Assembly (NCBI GenBank): GCA_963422735.1
Contig: OY730476.1
Span: 864,001 to 928,000, forward strand
Source: Candidatus Latescibacterota bacterium
GTDB lineage: Bacteria; Latescibacterota; UBA2968; UBA8231
Direction of reading: 5' to 3'
DNA length: 64,000 nucleotides
The notes below the pieces were generated by a model, which was not told the origin of the DNA, did no database searches, and saw nothing but the letters and a program-made list of their open reading frames with translations. Shown here piece by piece: positions 30,874 through 39,455 of this stretch. The stretch's first letter is position 1. Every line of letters starts with the position of its first letter. A program made the translations under genes and the position numbers.

Positions 30874-31392
30874 TTAGAATACATCTGCAAGCGGCATTTT
30901 CCATCCAAGCACCACATCGCCGCCGTCGAGCATGTCGCCTGCGGTGAGAATACAAATATCGTCGGGAGCGCGGTAAACCGCTGCCGTGCGTTGAGGGGGG
31001 TTGATCACAACGACCATCCGAGTGCCTGCCCGCAGCCAGTCGGACACTTTTTCTTCTACTTCGCTGTACCGATCATTTGGCGAAATGACTTCAACGGCGA
31101 GGTCGGGTGCGCCGGGAAAAAAACCTTGATCTTCTGCTGTAGCTTCAGCGCGTTTCCTCGACACAAAGCTGACGTCGGGCGCGGTGTCAATGATGAAGCC
31201 GGTTTCGCCCAAGCCATTTTTTGCAACAAATGCTTCGAGACAGCTACCGATTTTTGCGGCAATGCGTCCGTGTCTTCTGCCAGCGGGTGCCATCTGGCGC
31301 AATTTTCCTTGTACGAGTTCGCAGCGATAGCCATGGTGCGGCATCGCCAGCAACTCATCGGCGGTCATCTGGGCAGCCGTTTGTAGAGCCAT
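30874..31392 (-). CDS. Uma2/DUF820 PD-(D/E)xK nuclease, apparently internally deleted
   Basis: ELVQGKL.QMAPAG..HG, APDVSFV, APDLAVEVISPND. Confidence 0.8.
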   Translation of the reverse strand: MALQTAAQMTADELLAMPHHGYRCELVQGKLRQMAPAGRRHGRIAAKIGSCLEAFVAKNGLGETGFIIDTAPDVSFVSRKRAEATAEDQGFFPGAPDLAVEVISPNDRYSEVEEKVSDWLRAGTRMVVVINPPQRTAAVYRAPDDICILTAGDMLDGGDVVLGWKMPLADVF

Positions 31393-31467
31393 AACAGGAC
31401 CTTTGCTGTTCTGGTTGGGCCTAGAACCCAAGTCAACTCTTCTGCGTCAGCAGAGCATCAAGCCCCT

Positions 31468-31842
31468 TCAGTATTCGCTCGTCGTCCCCCCATTCCAACA
31501 CTCAGCCGTCTCGCCCTTGGGATTGAGAAGCGTGGCCGAGCGCTTGCCCAGCTTGATCCATACGGTCTTACCCACATAGATCCAGCACCAAGAGCAATGC
31601 TCTTTAGGGTCGAGCAACCAGACGGCCCCGTCCGGCAACCGCACCAACAACCGCCCCTCGGCAAAGCGGCGCATCAAGTGCGCTTCCACATAGCTGCCTT
31701 CTGCCAACAGGGCCGCAGCCTTGGGCGAGGGTTCCGGCGCGGGGGCCGGTGCTGAGACGAGCGCGCATCCTCCAGCCAGTAATGCGCCGACGAGGGCACC
31801 GCAGATCCTCCGTACGCGGGAATTACTTGTTACAATATCCAC
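31468..31842 (-). CDS. Small exported hypothetical protein, possible lipoprotein (start uncertain: GTG 31842, 31857 or 31875)
   Basis: RVRRICGALVGALLAGGC signal-like segment, Pro/Ala linker, beta-rich domain with CSWC. Confidence 0.6.
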   Translation of the reverse strand: MDIVTSNSRVRRICGALVGALLAGGCALVSAPAPAPEPSPKAAALLAEGSYVEAHLMRRFAEGRLLVRLPDGAVWLLDPKEHCSWCWIYVGKTVWIKLGKRSATLLNPKGETAECWNGGTTSEY

Positions 31843-31949
31843 GATAAACCTGTCCACAGGTGCAGGTCCCCGCACGCGGGGATTGCTTGATCATCGCCGA
31901 GTGGGAGACCGCCAACCGGATGCAGATCCCCGCACGCGGGGATTGCTTG
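31800..31949 (+). CRISPR. CRISPR-like mini-array: 3 repeats, 2 spacers of 31 nt; repeat differs from the main array
   Basis: TGCAGRTCCCCGCACGCGGGGATTGCTTG at 31861-31889 and 31921-31949 (1 mismatch); degenerate copy CGCAGATCCTCCGTACGCGGGAATTACTTG at 31800-31829; spacers 31830-31860 and 31890-31920 are unrelated. Confidence 0.7.
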
Positions 31950-32035
31950 GCATACAGTTTGCGACATTCTTCCACACTCCTTATCATCAGATCAATTAAC
32001 ATATTGACGACAACCCTACACAAGACAGAGCATTC

Positions 32036-34645
32036 ATGGACTACGCGAATTTGTTGCTGGTCTATCTCCACGATCCGGTCGATAAGGCCCTCGACATCCG
32101 CAAGCACGAATCCCGCGCTGCCCGCTATGCTTCCCGGGCCCGCGGCTGGGACGCGACCCGCCGAGAAATCAAGCATTCGGCTCAGCTAGCGGACCCACTC
32201 GCCGCCATCGCCGACCGCATCCCCATGCCGACCGCGGGCCGCAATGGCGAGCGTGCCATCGGTCCGGAAGACGGGAAGATCGAGGTACGCCATCCGGTGA
32301 GCGCACAAGAGTACGTGCTGACCGGACTGGCCCTCGACGAGAACCGCGTACTGGATATTATCGGCTCTATCGTGGACGACCTGCCCGACGATCCGCGCAC
32401 GCGCTTTCTCGCACTCTGGCGGCTGCTGCCCGAAAAGCTCGGTCTGCAGTTCGCCCTGCTGCCGGCCGACACCCGCGTCCCCGACCACACTCTGATCCAG
32501 CACACGGGCATCACAAGCGGCCTTTGGGCTAGTGATGGAGCGCGCGGCCGCGCGTACCTGTCGCTGTCGCTCGGGCCGGTGCAGACATTCATTGCCGCCG
32601 CCCGCAGCGTACGCGACCTGTGGTCGGGAAGCGCCATTCTGTCGTGGCTCGTCTTTCAGGGCATCCGTCCGGTACTCGACAAACTCGGCCCGACTGCGCT
32701 CGTCTATCCAGCCTTGCGCGGCAATCCGCTGATGGACCTGTGGCTGCGCGAGCAGAATGGCTTGGAGGACATCGCACCGCTTCCGTCGAAGGAATCGCGC
32801 CGGGCACCGTCCATTCCCAACCGCTTTGTCGCGCTCGTACCGTGGGGGACGGACGGCGCGGATGCACACGCCATGGCGGATGATTGTGTAGAGGCGGTCC
32901 GTGCGGCTTGGCGGTGCCTCGCGGACGATGTGCGCGGCAGCCTCAACCCGACGTTATCGGGCATCGATCCCGGTTGGGCGCGCCGTTGGCAGGAACAGGT
33001 GGACCGCTTTTTTGAGTTGAGGATAGCTACCCTGCCCGAGCGCGACCTAGACGACAAGACCTTGGCCAAACTGATCGGCGGCGATAACTCGTTTGACGAC
33101 GTGTGGCCGGAGGCCGCCAAGGTGCGCGGGCTGGCCGACGCGATTCCATCGGCCGAGCGTCCCGGTTACGACCAATGCTCGGCCGGGCGCTGGCAGGCCC
33201 AGCTTGAAGCCTCAGCGCGGCTGATGGAAGCGCAGCGCTCCATTCGCCATGTCCCAAACACCCTGCAAGCCGCGTCGGGCGAACCTTCACCACCCAAGTG
33301 CAGCCTGCTCGGCTCCTATGAGCAAATGGGGCCGGCGGCTCTCGACGATTCGCGCGGCTTCTGGGAAGAGGCTGCTGCGAAACTTTCTGTAGAAGGCGTT
33401 CGACTGCGCACTGGTGAGCGCTTTTCCGCGGTCGCATTGTGCAAGCGGTTTGCGGCTCCGGCGACACTCGCCAAAGAGCTTCACCTCACACCGTCCGACT
33501 TGCGGTTCCCTGACACCGCGACCGTCGCCGCCGCGGAATGGTTGCACGACGCGGGTATCAACGCGAACGCGGTCCGGCGTGAACACGGCGACTGGAACGG
33601 ACGCTGGCTTCACCAAAAACGGCGGGATGACGTGGAGAAGGGCGACAAGTACCCGCCGGAGGTGGTTTGGGAGAAGATCAACGCGGCACGGAAGAAGAAT
33701 TCGCCTCCCTCCTACTACGCCGTCCTGGCCATGGATGCGGACCACATGGGCCACTGGCTCAAGGGCGACCACGCCCCCAAGGTGCGCGAGGTGCTGCACC
33801 CGAAGATGGTCGATTACTATGAGCAGGTTAACAGTGAGAAGGCCAGGGAGGGCCTTGATGCGAAGCGACCGGTCGGGCCGGCCCTGCACGCCTCCATCAG
33901 CGAAGCCCTCAACAATTTTGCCAGTCACGTTGCCCCCGGTATTGTGGAAGAGCACAAGGGCACGATGATCTACTCGGGCGGTGACGACGTCCTAGCCTTG
34001 CTGCCGGCGCGTCGAGCGGTCAATTGCGCGGCTGCCCTGCGCCGTGCGTTTCGCGGTGAGGACGGATCTGTACCCGGCTGGACGGAGAGAGACGGCCGCC
34101 AACTTCTGGTGATGGGCAATCGGGCCACCCTGTCCGCGGGTATTGCCGTCGTCCACTTCATGGAGGATCTGCGGTTGGCCTTGGGCGCTGCGCGCGACGC
34201 AGAGAAGGCGGCCAAGAACTCCGGACGGAACTGGCTGACGTTGCGCTTCATGCGCCGTTCCGGAGAGCATTCCGAGGCCGGTCTGTCGTGGGCGCTGGCA
34301 CAGTGGTTCCGAGAGTTGATCGCGATCTTCGCCGGCGGAGCTACGGACCGTTGGGCCTATCGGCTGCGTCAGGAACTACCGACCTTGCAAGCCCACGGCC
34401 TTCCCGAAGCGGCTGTGAGCGCCGAGATACGCCGTCTCGTGGACAGGACGATGGACGGTGCCGCATCGGATTCAAGCGGCCCGTCGGGTAAAGACGCGGA
34501 GCAGTGGTGGCGGGACTTTTCCGGCGCCGTTCTCCGGCATTCGAGGGAGAGCCAACGGGAGATCCCTACCCAGGCAAAGCGTCTTGAGACGTTCACCCTT
34601 TTGTGTCAAGGGGCGTCGTTCGTAGCGCGAGGTCACGATGGCTGA
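32036..34645 (+). CDS. cmr2: Type III-B Cas10/Cmr2
   Basis: LHDP..K N-terminus, LPADTRVPDHTL..H, GPVQTFIAAARSVRDLWSGS, YYAVLAMDADHMG, IYSGGDDVLA. Confidence 0.95.
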   Translation: MDYANLLLVYLHDPVDKALDIRKHESRAARYASRARGWDATRREIKHSAQLADPLAAIADRIPMPTAGRNGERAIGPEDGKIEVRHPVSAQEYVLTGLALDENRVLDIIGSIVDDLPDDPRTRFLALWRLLPEKLGLQFALLPADTRVPDHTLIQHTGITSGLWASDGARGRAYLSLSLGPVQTFIAAARSVRDLWSGSAILSWLVFQGIRPVLDKLGPTALVYPALRGNPLMDLWLREQNGLEDIAPLPSKESRRAPSIPNRFVALVPWGTDGADAHAMADDCVEAVRAAWRCLADDVRGSLNPTLSGIDPGWARRWQEQVDRFFELRIATLPERDLDDKTLAKLIGGDNSFDDVWPEAAKVRGLADAIPSAERPGYDQCSAGRWQAQLEASARLMEAQRSIRHVPNTLQAASGEPSPPKCSLLGSYEQMGPAALDDSRGFWEEAAAKLSVEGVRLRTGERFSAVALCKRFAAPATLAKELHLTPSDLRFPDTATVAAAEWLHDAGINANAVRREHGDWNGRWLHQKRRDDVEKGDKYPPEVVWEKINAARKKNSPPSYYAVLAMDADHMGHWLKGDHAPKVREVLHPKMVDYYEQVNSEKAREGLDAKRPVGPALHASISEALNNFASHVAPGIVEEHKGTMIYSGGDDVLALLPARRAVNCAAALRRAFRGEDGSVPGWTERDGRQLLVMGNRATLSAGIAVVHFMEDLRLALGAARDAEKAAKNSGRNWLTLRFMRRSGEHSEAGLSWALAQWFRELIAIFAGGATDRWAYRLRQELPTLQAHGLPEAAVSAEIRRLVDRTMDGAASDSSGPSGKDAEQWWRDFSGAVLRHSRESQREIPTQAKRLETFTLLCQGASFVARGHDG

Positions 34646-35720
34646 CGGTGATACTTTGCTCCGGCTGGAGATTGAGCCCGTCGATACGCTGTTCTTCCGC
34701 GACGCGCGGCCGTTTGAAGCGGCCAGCCGCGGAGCATCGGGTTTGCCCATGCCGCAGACCCTGACCGGTGCCGTGCGCAGCCTGCTACTGGAGCGGCACG
34801 GGGTGGATTTTAGGCGGCTGGGAGAACAGATGAAGAACGGGGCATCCTTTGCCCAAGCACTCGCCGAGTTCGGCCCTGAAGCCAGGGCTGTGGCTGACGT
34901 GCGGGTACGCGGCCCTTATTTCACGCTGTGCGGTGAGGTGCTGGTTCCAGCTCCGGCCAGCCTGAGACGAGAGAAGAAAACCGGAAAGCTCGTGCGAATC
35001 GACCCGCTCAAAACCCCACTGCCCGGTTGGCGACCAGAAGCTCAGGAGATGCGGCCGCTGTGGCGGCGTGGCCGGGAAGCCGTTGAAGCGGCGGATGGGT
35101 TCCTCAAGCCATCGGGCCTGCGCTGCTTCCTCAACGGAGACGTGCCGGACCCGGACGCATTGGTGCCACAAAAAGAAGTCTATGAATTTGACGACCGCAC
35201 CGGCATCGGCATTGACCCTAAGAGCAACGCCGCGGCCGAAAGTCTCATCTATGCCGTCAGTATGCTGGTGCTACGACCCAAAGCCGGCCTTTACGCCGAG
35301 GTGCGCGGCCCAGTTGACGCCTTGACCCCGCTTATTAAAACGAAAGACGAGCCGATCCTCATGCGCTTGGGCGGCGAAGGCCGGCATGTCGTCGTCCGCT
35401 CCAACGGTCAAGGCGCGGACTGGCCGGCGATTCCGCCCGTCTCGAACACGGGCCGGCTAGTGCTCCTGACCACGCCGGCCTATTTCAACGGCTGGAAACC
35501 GCCGGCATTCGAGCCGGTCGCCGCGGCTGTCGGCAACGGTCAAGCTGTCTCCGGCTGGGACTTGGCCCAAGGCGGCCCCAAGCCCAATCGCTTCATGGTG
35601 CCGGCCGGATCGGTCTATTTCTTGCAACCAAACGCCCCAAGCCCAGCCGAATTGGTCGCTGACGAAGACGCGAGCGTCGGCTGGGGCTGCTTTCTGGAGG
35701 GAAACTGGAACTATGTCTGA
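34638..35720 (+). CDS. cmr3: Type III-B RAMP Cmr3
   Basis: IEPVDTLFFRDARPF, RTGIGID, RLGGEGR, LTTPA, VSGWDLA..GPKP, VPAGSVYF. Confidence 0.93.
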   Translation: MADGDTLLRLEIEPVDTLFFRDARPFEAASRGASGLPMPQTLTGAVRSLLLERHGVDFRRLGEQMKNGASFAQALAEFGPEARAVADVRVRGPYFTLCGEVLVPAPASLRREKKTGKLVRIDPLKTPLPGWRPEAQEMRPLWRRGREAVEAADGFLKPSGLRCFLNGDVPDPDALVPQKEVYEFDDRTGIGIDPKSNAAAESLIYAVSMLVLRPKAGLYAEVRGPVDALTPLIKTKDEPILMRLGGEGRHVVVRSNGQGADWPAIPPVSNTGRLVLLTTPAYFNGWKPPAFEPVAAAVGNGQAVSGWDLAQGGPKPNRFMVPAGSVYFLQPNAPSPAELVADEDASVGWGCFLEGNWNYV

Positions 35721-36612
35721 CAAAACCTTGCTGTTCATTCACGCCCTGACCGGACTCCATCCCGGCAGCGGCACCGCCCTCGGCGTGGTCGATCTGCCGG
35801 TGCAGCGCGAGCGCCACACCGACTGGCCGACCATCCCCGGCTCGTCGCTCAAGGGCGTGATGCGGGCCGAATGCGCGAAGAATAACGAACAGAATGAAGA
35901 TGTCTTAACGGCATTCGGGTCAGCGACCAGTGCTGCGTCTAACCACGCCGGCCACGCCGGCGCGGTCGCTTTTTCAGACGCACGTATTCTCGCTTTCCCG
36001 GTGCGCTCACTGACCGGGGTGTTTGCTTGGGTGACGTGTCGCGACGTGTTGGACCGGTTTTCACGCGATCTCGGGCTTATCGGCGAAAACGACTTCCCGG
36101 CGGTTCCCGCGGTCGAGAAAGACAAAGCCGCCTGTGTCGAGCACAGCCCGCTGCTGGCGCACGACGGGTGCCTGATGTTGGAAGAGTTCGAGTTCTCGCG
36201 TGGTGGAGACGCACAGGAAATTGCGGACTGGATCGCAGCGCGGGCCGTGGAAGACGCCGGCACGGAAGACAGGCTGCGCTCGCATCTGGCCGTCCTCCAC
36301 AACGACGATTTCAACCACTTCGTCCGCAATGCCACCGAGGTGGTAGCTCGCGTCGGGCTTGACTCCGCAACAAAGACCGTGCGCACGGGCGCACTCTTCT
36401 ACGAGGAATACCTGCCGGCCGAGACCCTCTTTTACTCGCTGGTGATGTGCAGTGATAGCCGGCGCGAGCCACACACTAAGAGCGCGGCGGAGATTCTCGC
36501 ATGGCTGCGCCACATAGCACCCAAGTCTCTGCAAATCGGCGGCGGCGAGACGGTCGGCAAGGGCTTTTGCGCGGTTCGCTTTGACGGCACGGCAAGGGAG
36601 ACAGCGCGATGA
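35713..36612 (+). CDS. cmr4: Type III-B RAMP Cmr4 (target RNase)
   Basis: LHPGSG...VDLPVQRERHT.WP.IPGSSLKG (catalytic Asp present), LFYEEYLP.ET, QIGGGETVGKG. Confidence 0.95.
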   Translation: MSDKTLLFIHALTGLHPGSGTALGVVDLPVQRERHTDWPTIPGSSLKGVMRAECAKNNEQNEDVLTAFGSATSAASNHAGHAGAVAFSDARILAFPVRSLTGVFAWVTCRDVLDRFSRDLGLIGENDFPAVPAVEKDKAACVEHSPLLAHDGCLMLEEFEFSRGGDAQEIADWIAARAVEDAGTEDRLRSHLAVLHNDDFNHFVRNATEVVARVGLDSATKTVRTGALFYEEYLPAETLFYSLVMCSDSRREPHTKSAAEILAWLRHIAPKSLQIGGGETVGKGFCAVRFDGTARETAR

Positions 36613-37022
36613 GCGACAACCGGCCCACCCTTGACCAACGTCGTGCGCAACACGCTTGGCAAGCCGTTGAACGCGCCCGCAACCTAAAGGATTCCAACGA
36701 CTTTGCCCGCGAGGCCAAACGTTTACCGATTCGCATCAAAACCGCCGGCCTAGGGCAGGCCCTCGCCTTCCTCCACGCCAAGGGGAAGGACGGCGAAGAC
36801 CATCGCAGTCAGTTGCTAAAGGAACTAGGCGATTGGATCCTGAAGGAGCGCAAATTGGCGGCTCACTCGCCGTGCAAGGACGCCCTGCTGCAAGCCATCA
36901 TCAACGGCAACGCCAACCTACTGCGCCGCGCCACCGAAGAAGCCCTGCTCTACTTGCAATGGCTGACCCGGTTCAGCGAGGCCGAACTCGGGACTGGAGA
37001 GGATGTGAGCGATGGCTCGTAG
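36609..37022 (+). CDS. cmr5: Type III-B small subunit Cmr5
   Basis: TLDQRRAQHAW, LPIRIKTAGLGQALAFL, ATEEAL.YLQWL.RF. Confidence 0.93.
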   Translation: MSDNRPTLDQRRAQHAWQAVERARNLKDSNDFAREAKRLPIRIKTAGLGQALAFLHAKGKDGEDHRSQLLKELGDWILKERKLAAHSPCKDALLQAIINGNANLLRRATEEALLYLQWLTRFSEAELGTGEDVSDGS

Positions 37023-39327
37023 CTCCAGCCGTCCCCAACGCCGGGCGCATACCATGCCAGCCCCCAGAGCCGACCAACTTCTCGCAGGGCCGATTCTGCC
37101 CCAGCCCACGCGCAAGCTGATCGAGAAGGTTCGGGTCGAGTGTCGCCATGCCGGTCTGCAACTCGACAAGCTGTCGCCTGTAGGTGATGGTACGATGGAG
37201 GACCAGAAAGATGCCCTAGTCAAGGTACGCCAAACGCTCCGGGACGAGCCGCTGCTCAAAAACCTCCTCGATCGCCGCCGCGCCATGCTCCATTCGCTCG
37301 GTGCAGCGCGTCTCCCAATGACCACACGCGGCCCCTTGACCCTGCACCTGTCTCGGTCAGGCGCGTTAGAGAACGCCGGCATTGCCCTGCACCCCGTCTA
37401 TGGCTTCGTGTATTTGCCCGGCAGCGGCATCAAGGGTTTGATCCGCGCCTATGCCGAGACCGTGTGGGCGGCGGCTCAGCCCAACGAAGAGCAGGCGTGG
37501 CGGCGGATCGAAGAAGCCTTCGGCTGGAGCCCCGGGTCGGAGCGTCATAAGAAGGATTGGCGGCCGGGCGAAATAGAACCACAGCAAGACGCCGCGGCCG
37601 GCCGGCTAGTGTTTCACGACGCTTGGCCGACCCGCTGGCCCCGCCTGATCCTCGACGTCGTCAACAACCACCACGTCAAGTACTACGCGGGCGAAGACGA
37701 CCCCGGCGACTGGGAAGACCCGACCTTGGTCTATTTTCTCGCCCTTAACGGAGGCGAGAAGTTCGAGTTCGCAATCTCCGACCGTAAGCCGAACGATGAC
37801 GGCCTGCTGAAATTGGCAAGCGGCTGGCTAAAAGACGCGCTGACTGCCGAGGGTGCTGGCGCCAAGACCGCAGCCGGCTATGGCCGCTTCAAGCCGGCTG
37901 AAGGCCAAACTTCCGGGACACTCTCGCCCGATTTCACCAAGGCCGGTTTTGCCAGCGCGAGCTTTGACTTGAAGCTCGCCACCCCAGCCTTTCTCGCCGG
38001 TGCCGATCAGAAACGAGAGGACTGCGACCTGCGCCCGGCCACCCTGCGCGGCCTGCTGCGCTGGTGGTGGCGCACTATGCACGCGGCCCATCTCGACCGG
38101 GATTCGCTGAAGAAGCTGGAGACTGCGGTGTGGGGCGACGCGGAAGCGGGTAGCCCGATGCGGATTGCGGTGGACAATGTCAAAGTTGGAGAGCCAGAGC
38201 AGTACAATAAGAACGATCCACAATTCCAGTCCTTGCCGAGACCATCGCACGGGCAGCAAGTCACTCAGGGCTTATTCTACGCTTCTTACGGCATGGCAGA
38301 ACGCCACAAGCGTTGGTTTTGTCCTGACAGATCGCTTTGGCGCATAACCCTGACGGCCCGGCGCGGTTATTTCCAAAAAAATAAAAAAGACCCTGCTATC
38401 CTCCTTCCGCCCGACCAACTCTTGGAACAGGCCGCGGCGACCCTGTGGCTGCTGTGTCGCTTTGGTGGCGCAGGCTCGCGGTCGCGCAAGGGCTTTGGGT
38501 CCTTTGACGATATTGAGGTTGAGGGCATCGGATCGAAAGAGGACTGCATCGCATCGGCAAAGCGGTTGCGACAGCATTGCAAACTAGATGGACAACAAAG
38601 TCAGCCTGTCAAAGCACCCTCTTTAGAGGAGGCTCTGATTCTGGAACAGCGCACAGAGTGGACCAACTCTTGGTATGCGCTTGATCAAACCGGAATGGTA
38701 CTCCAACGGTTCGCCAAATCAATGAACGCCGAAGACCGGATTCCGCTCGGCCTGCCGCGCCGAGTGGGTCGAAGCCCCGATGCACGGAATCTCAAGGCTA
38801 AAAAAGGAGAGCGGTACGCCTCCCCGGCCCTTTGGAGCCTCGCGACGTGCAAAGACGGGACCCTGCTGGTCCGTCTGATCGCGTTCCCCGCTGCCTACCT
38901 GCCCGACAAGCACACCAGCAAGGCGACGCTCCAGAAACTCATTGCGTCTGCGCGGCAGGAATTGAGACAGCAAGCCCAGCAGTCCTCGCGCACAGGCGGG
39001 CGAGGCCGCGGACCGTCAGGCCCCAGAGCAGATCTCCCGAAAGCAAATGAGCGCGTCCAAGCTGAACTCTTAGAGGAGAAGACGAAGAAAGGCGGCTGGA
39101 AGGCCAAACACGTGGACAGCGGTTTACAAGGCCCGATACAAGACCCTCAGAATACGCCCGCCGACGCCGAGCCGGGCCAGTGCGTCGAACTTACGGTCGC
39201 CTATGTACGCGAGAAGGAAATGGGGTTCAAATGGGCCGCACCGCCGCCCAAAAAGAAAGTACCCGCCCAAGGCGGCGGTCGGAGACAGGGCGGCAACCCA
39301 AACTCCCGCTTGGGGAGACAACCATGA
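37012..39327 (+). CDS. cmr6: Cmr6-Cmr1 fusion RAMP with an additional C-terminal domain
   Basis: Cmr6 part: YLPGSGIKG, FHDAWP, DVVNNHH..YY, GAGAKTAAGYG. Cmr1 part: LATPAFLAGA, LRPATLRGLLRWWWR, FGGAGSRSRKGFGS. Then a tail of about 110 aa. Confidence 0.88.
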   Translation: MARSSSRPQRRAHTMPAPRADQLLAGPILPQPTRKLIEKVRVECRHAGLQLDKLSPVGDGTMEDQKDALVKVRQTLRDEPLLKNLLDRRRAMLHSLGAARLPMTTRGPLTLHLSRSGALENAGIALHPVYGFVYLPGSGIKGLIRAYAETVWAAAQPNEEQAWRRIEEAFGWSPGSERHKKDWRPGEIEPQQDAAAGRLVFHDAWPTRWPRLILDVVNNHHVKYYAGEDDPGDWEDPTLVYFLALNGGEKFEFAISDRKPNDDGLLKLASGWLKDALTAEGAGAKTAAGYGRFKPAEGQTSGTLSPDFTKAGFASASFDLKLATPAFLAGADQKREDCDLRPATLRGLLRWWWRTMHAAHLDRDSLKKLETAVWGDAEAGSPMRIAVDNVKVGEPEQYNKNDPQFQSLPRPSHGQQVTQGLFYASYGMAERHKRWFCPDRSLWRITLTARRGYFQKNKKDPAILLPPDQLLEQAAATLWLLCRFGGAGSRSRKGFGSFDDIEVEGIGSKEDCIASAKRLRQHCKLDGQQSQPVKAPSLEEALILEQRTEWTNSWYALDQTGMVLQRFAKSMNAEDRIPLGLPRRVGRSPDARNLKAKKGERYASPALWSLATCKDGTLLVRLIAFPAAYLPDKHTSKATLQKLIASARQELRQQAQQSSRTGGRGRGPSGPRADLPKANERVQAELLEEKTKKGGWKAKHVDSGLQGPIQDPQNTPADAEPGQCVELTVAYVREKEMGFKWAAPPPKKKVPAQGGGRRQGGNPNSRLGRQP

Positions 39328-39400
39328 CATCCCCCAACAGCGACCACAAGTCCCTCGTCCGCCCGTCGGCACCAGCGATATTGAAAACCCGCTTAACCCA
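39324..39400 (+). pseudogene. Frameshifted relic of the 5' end of a CARF effector gene
   Basis: ATGA overlap with the cmr6 stop. MTSPNSDHKSLV/(1-nt loss)/VGTSDIEN aligns with MTSTNTSKKALVLTVGTGNVND of the gene at 40202. Confidence 0.5.
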
Positions 39401-39455
39401 ATGCCTAGAGACCCCCTTCTCTGCATCATTGGAAATGCGATTGGAGGATGCCACT

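Noticed and set aside
31860-32189. ORF with duplicated MQ(V/I)PARGDCL peptide
   Set aside because: By-product of the 60-bp repeat period; overlaps cmr2 out of frame.
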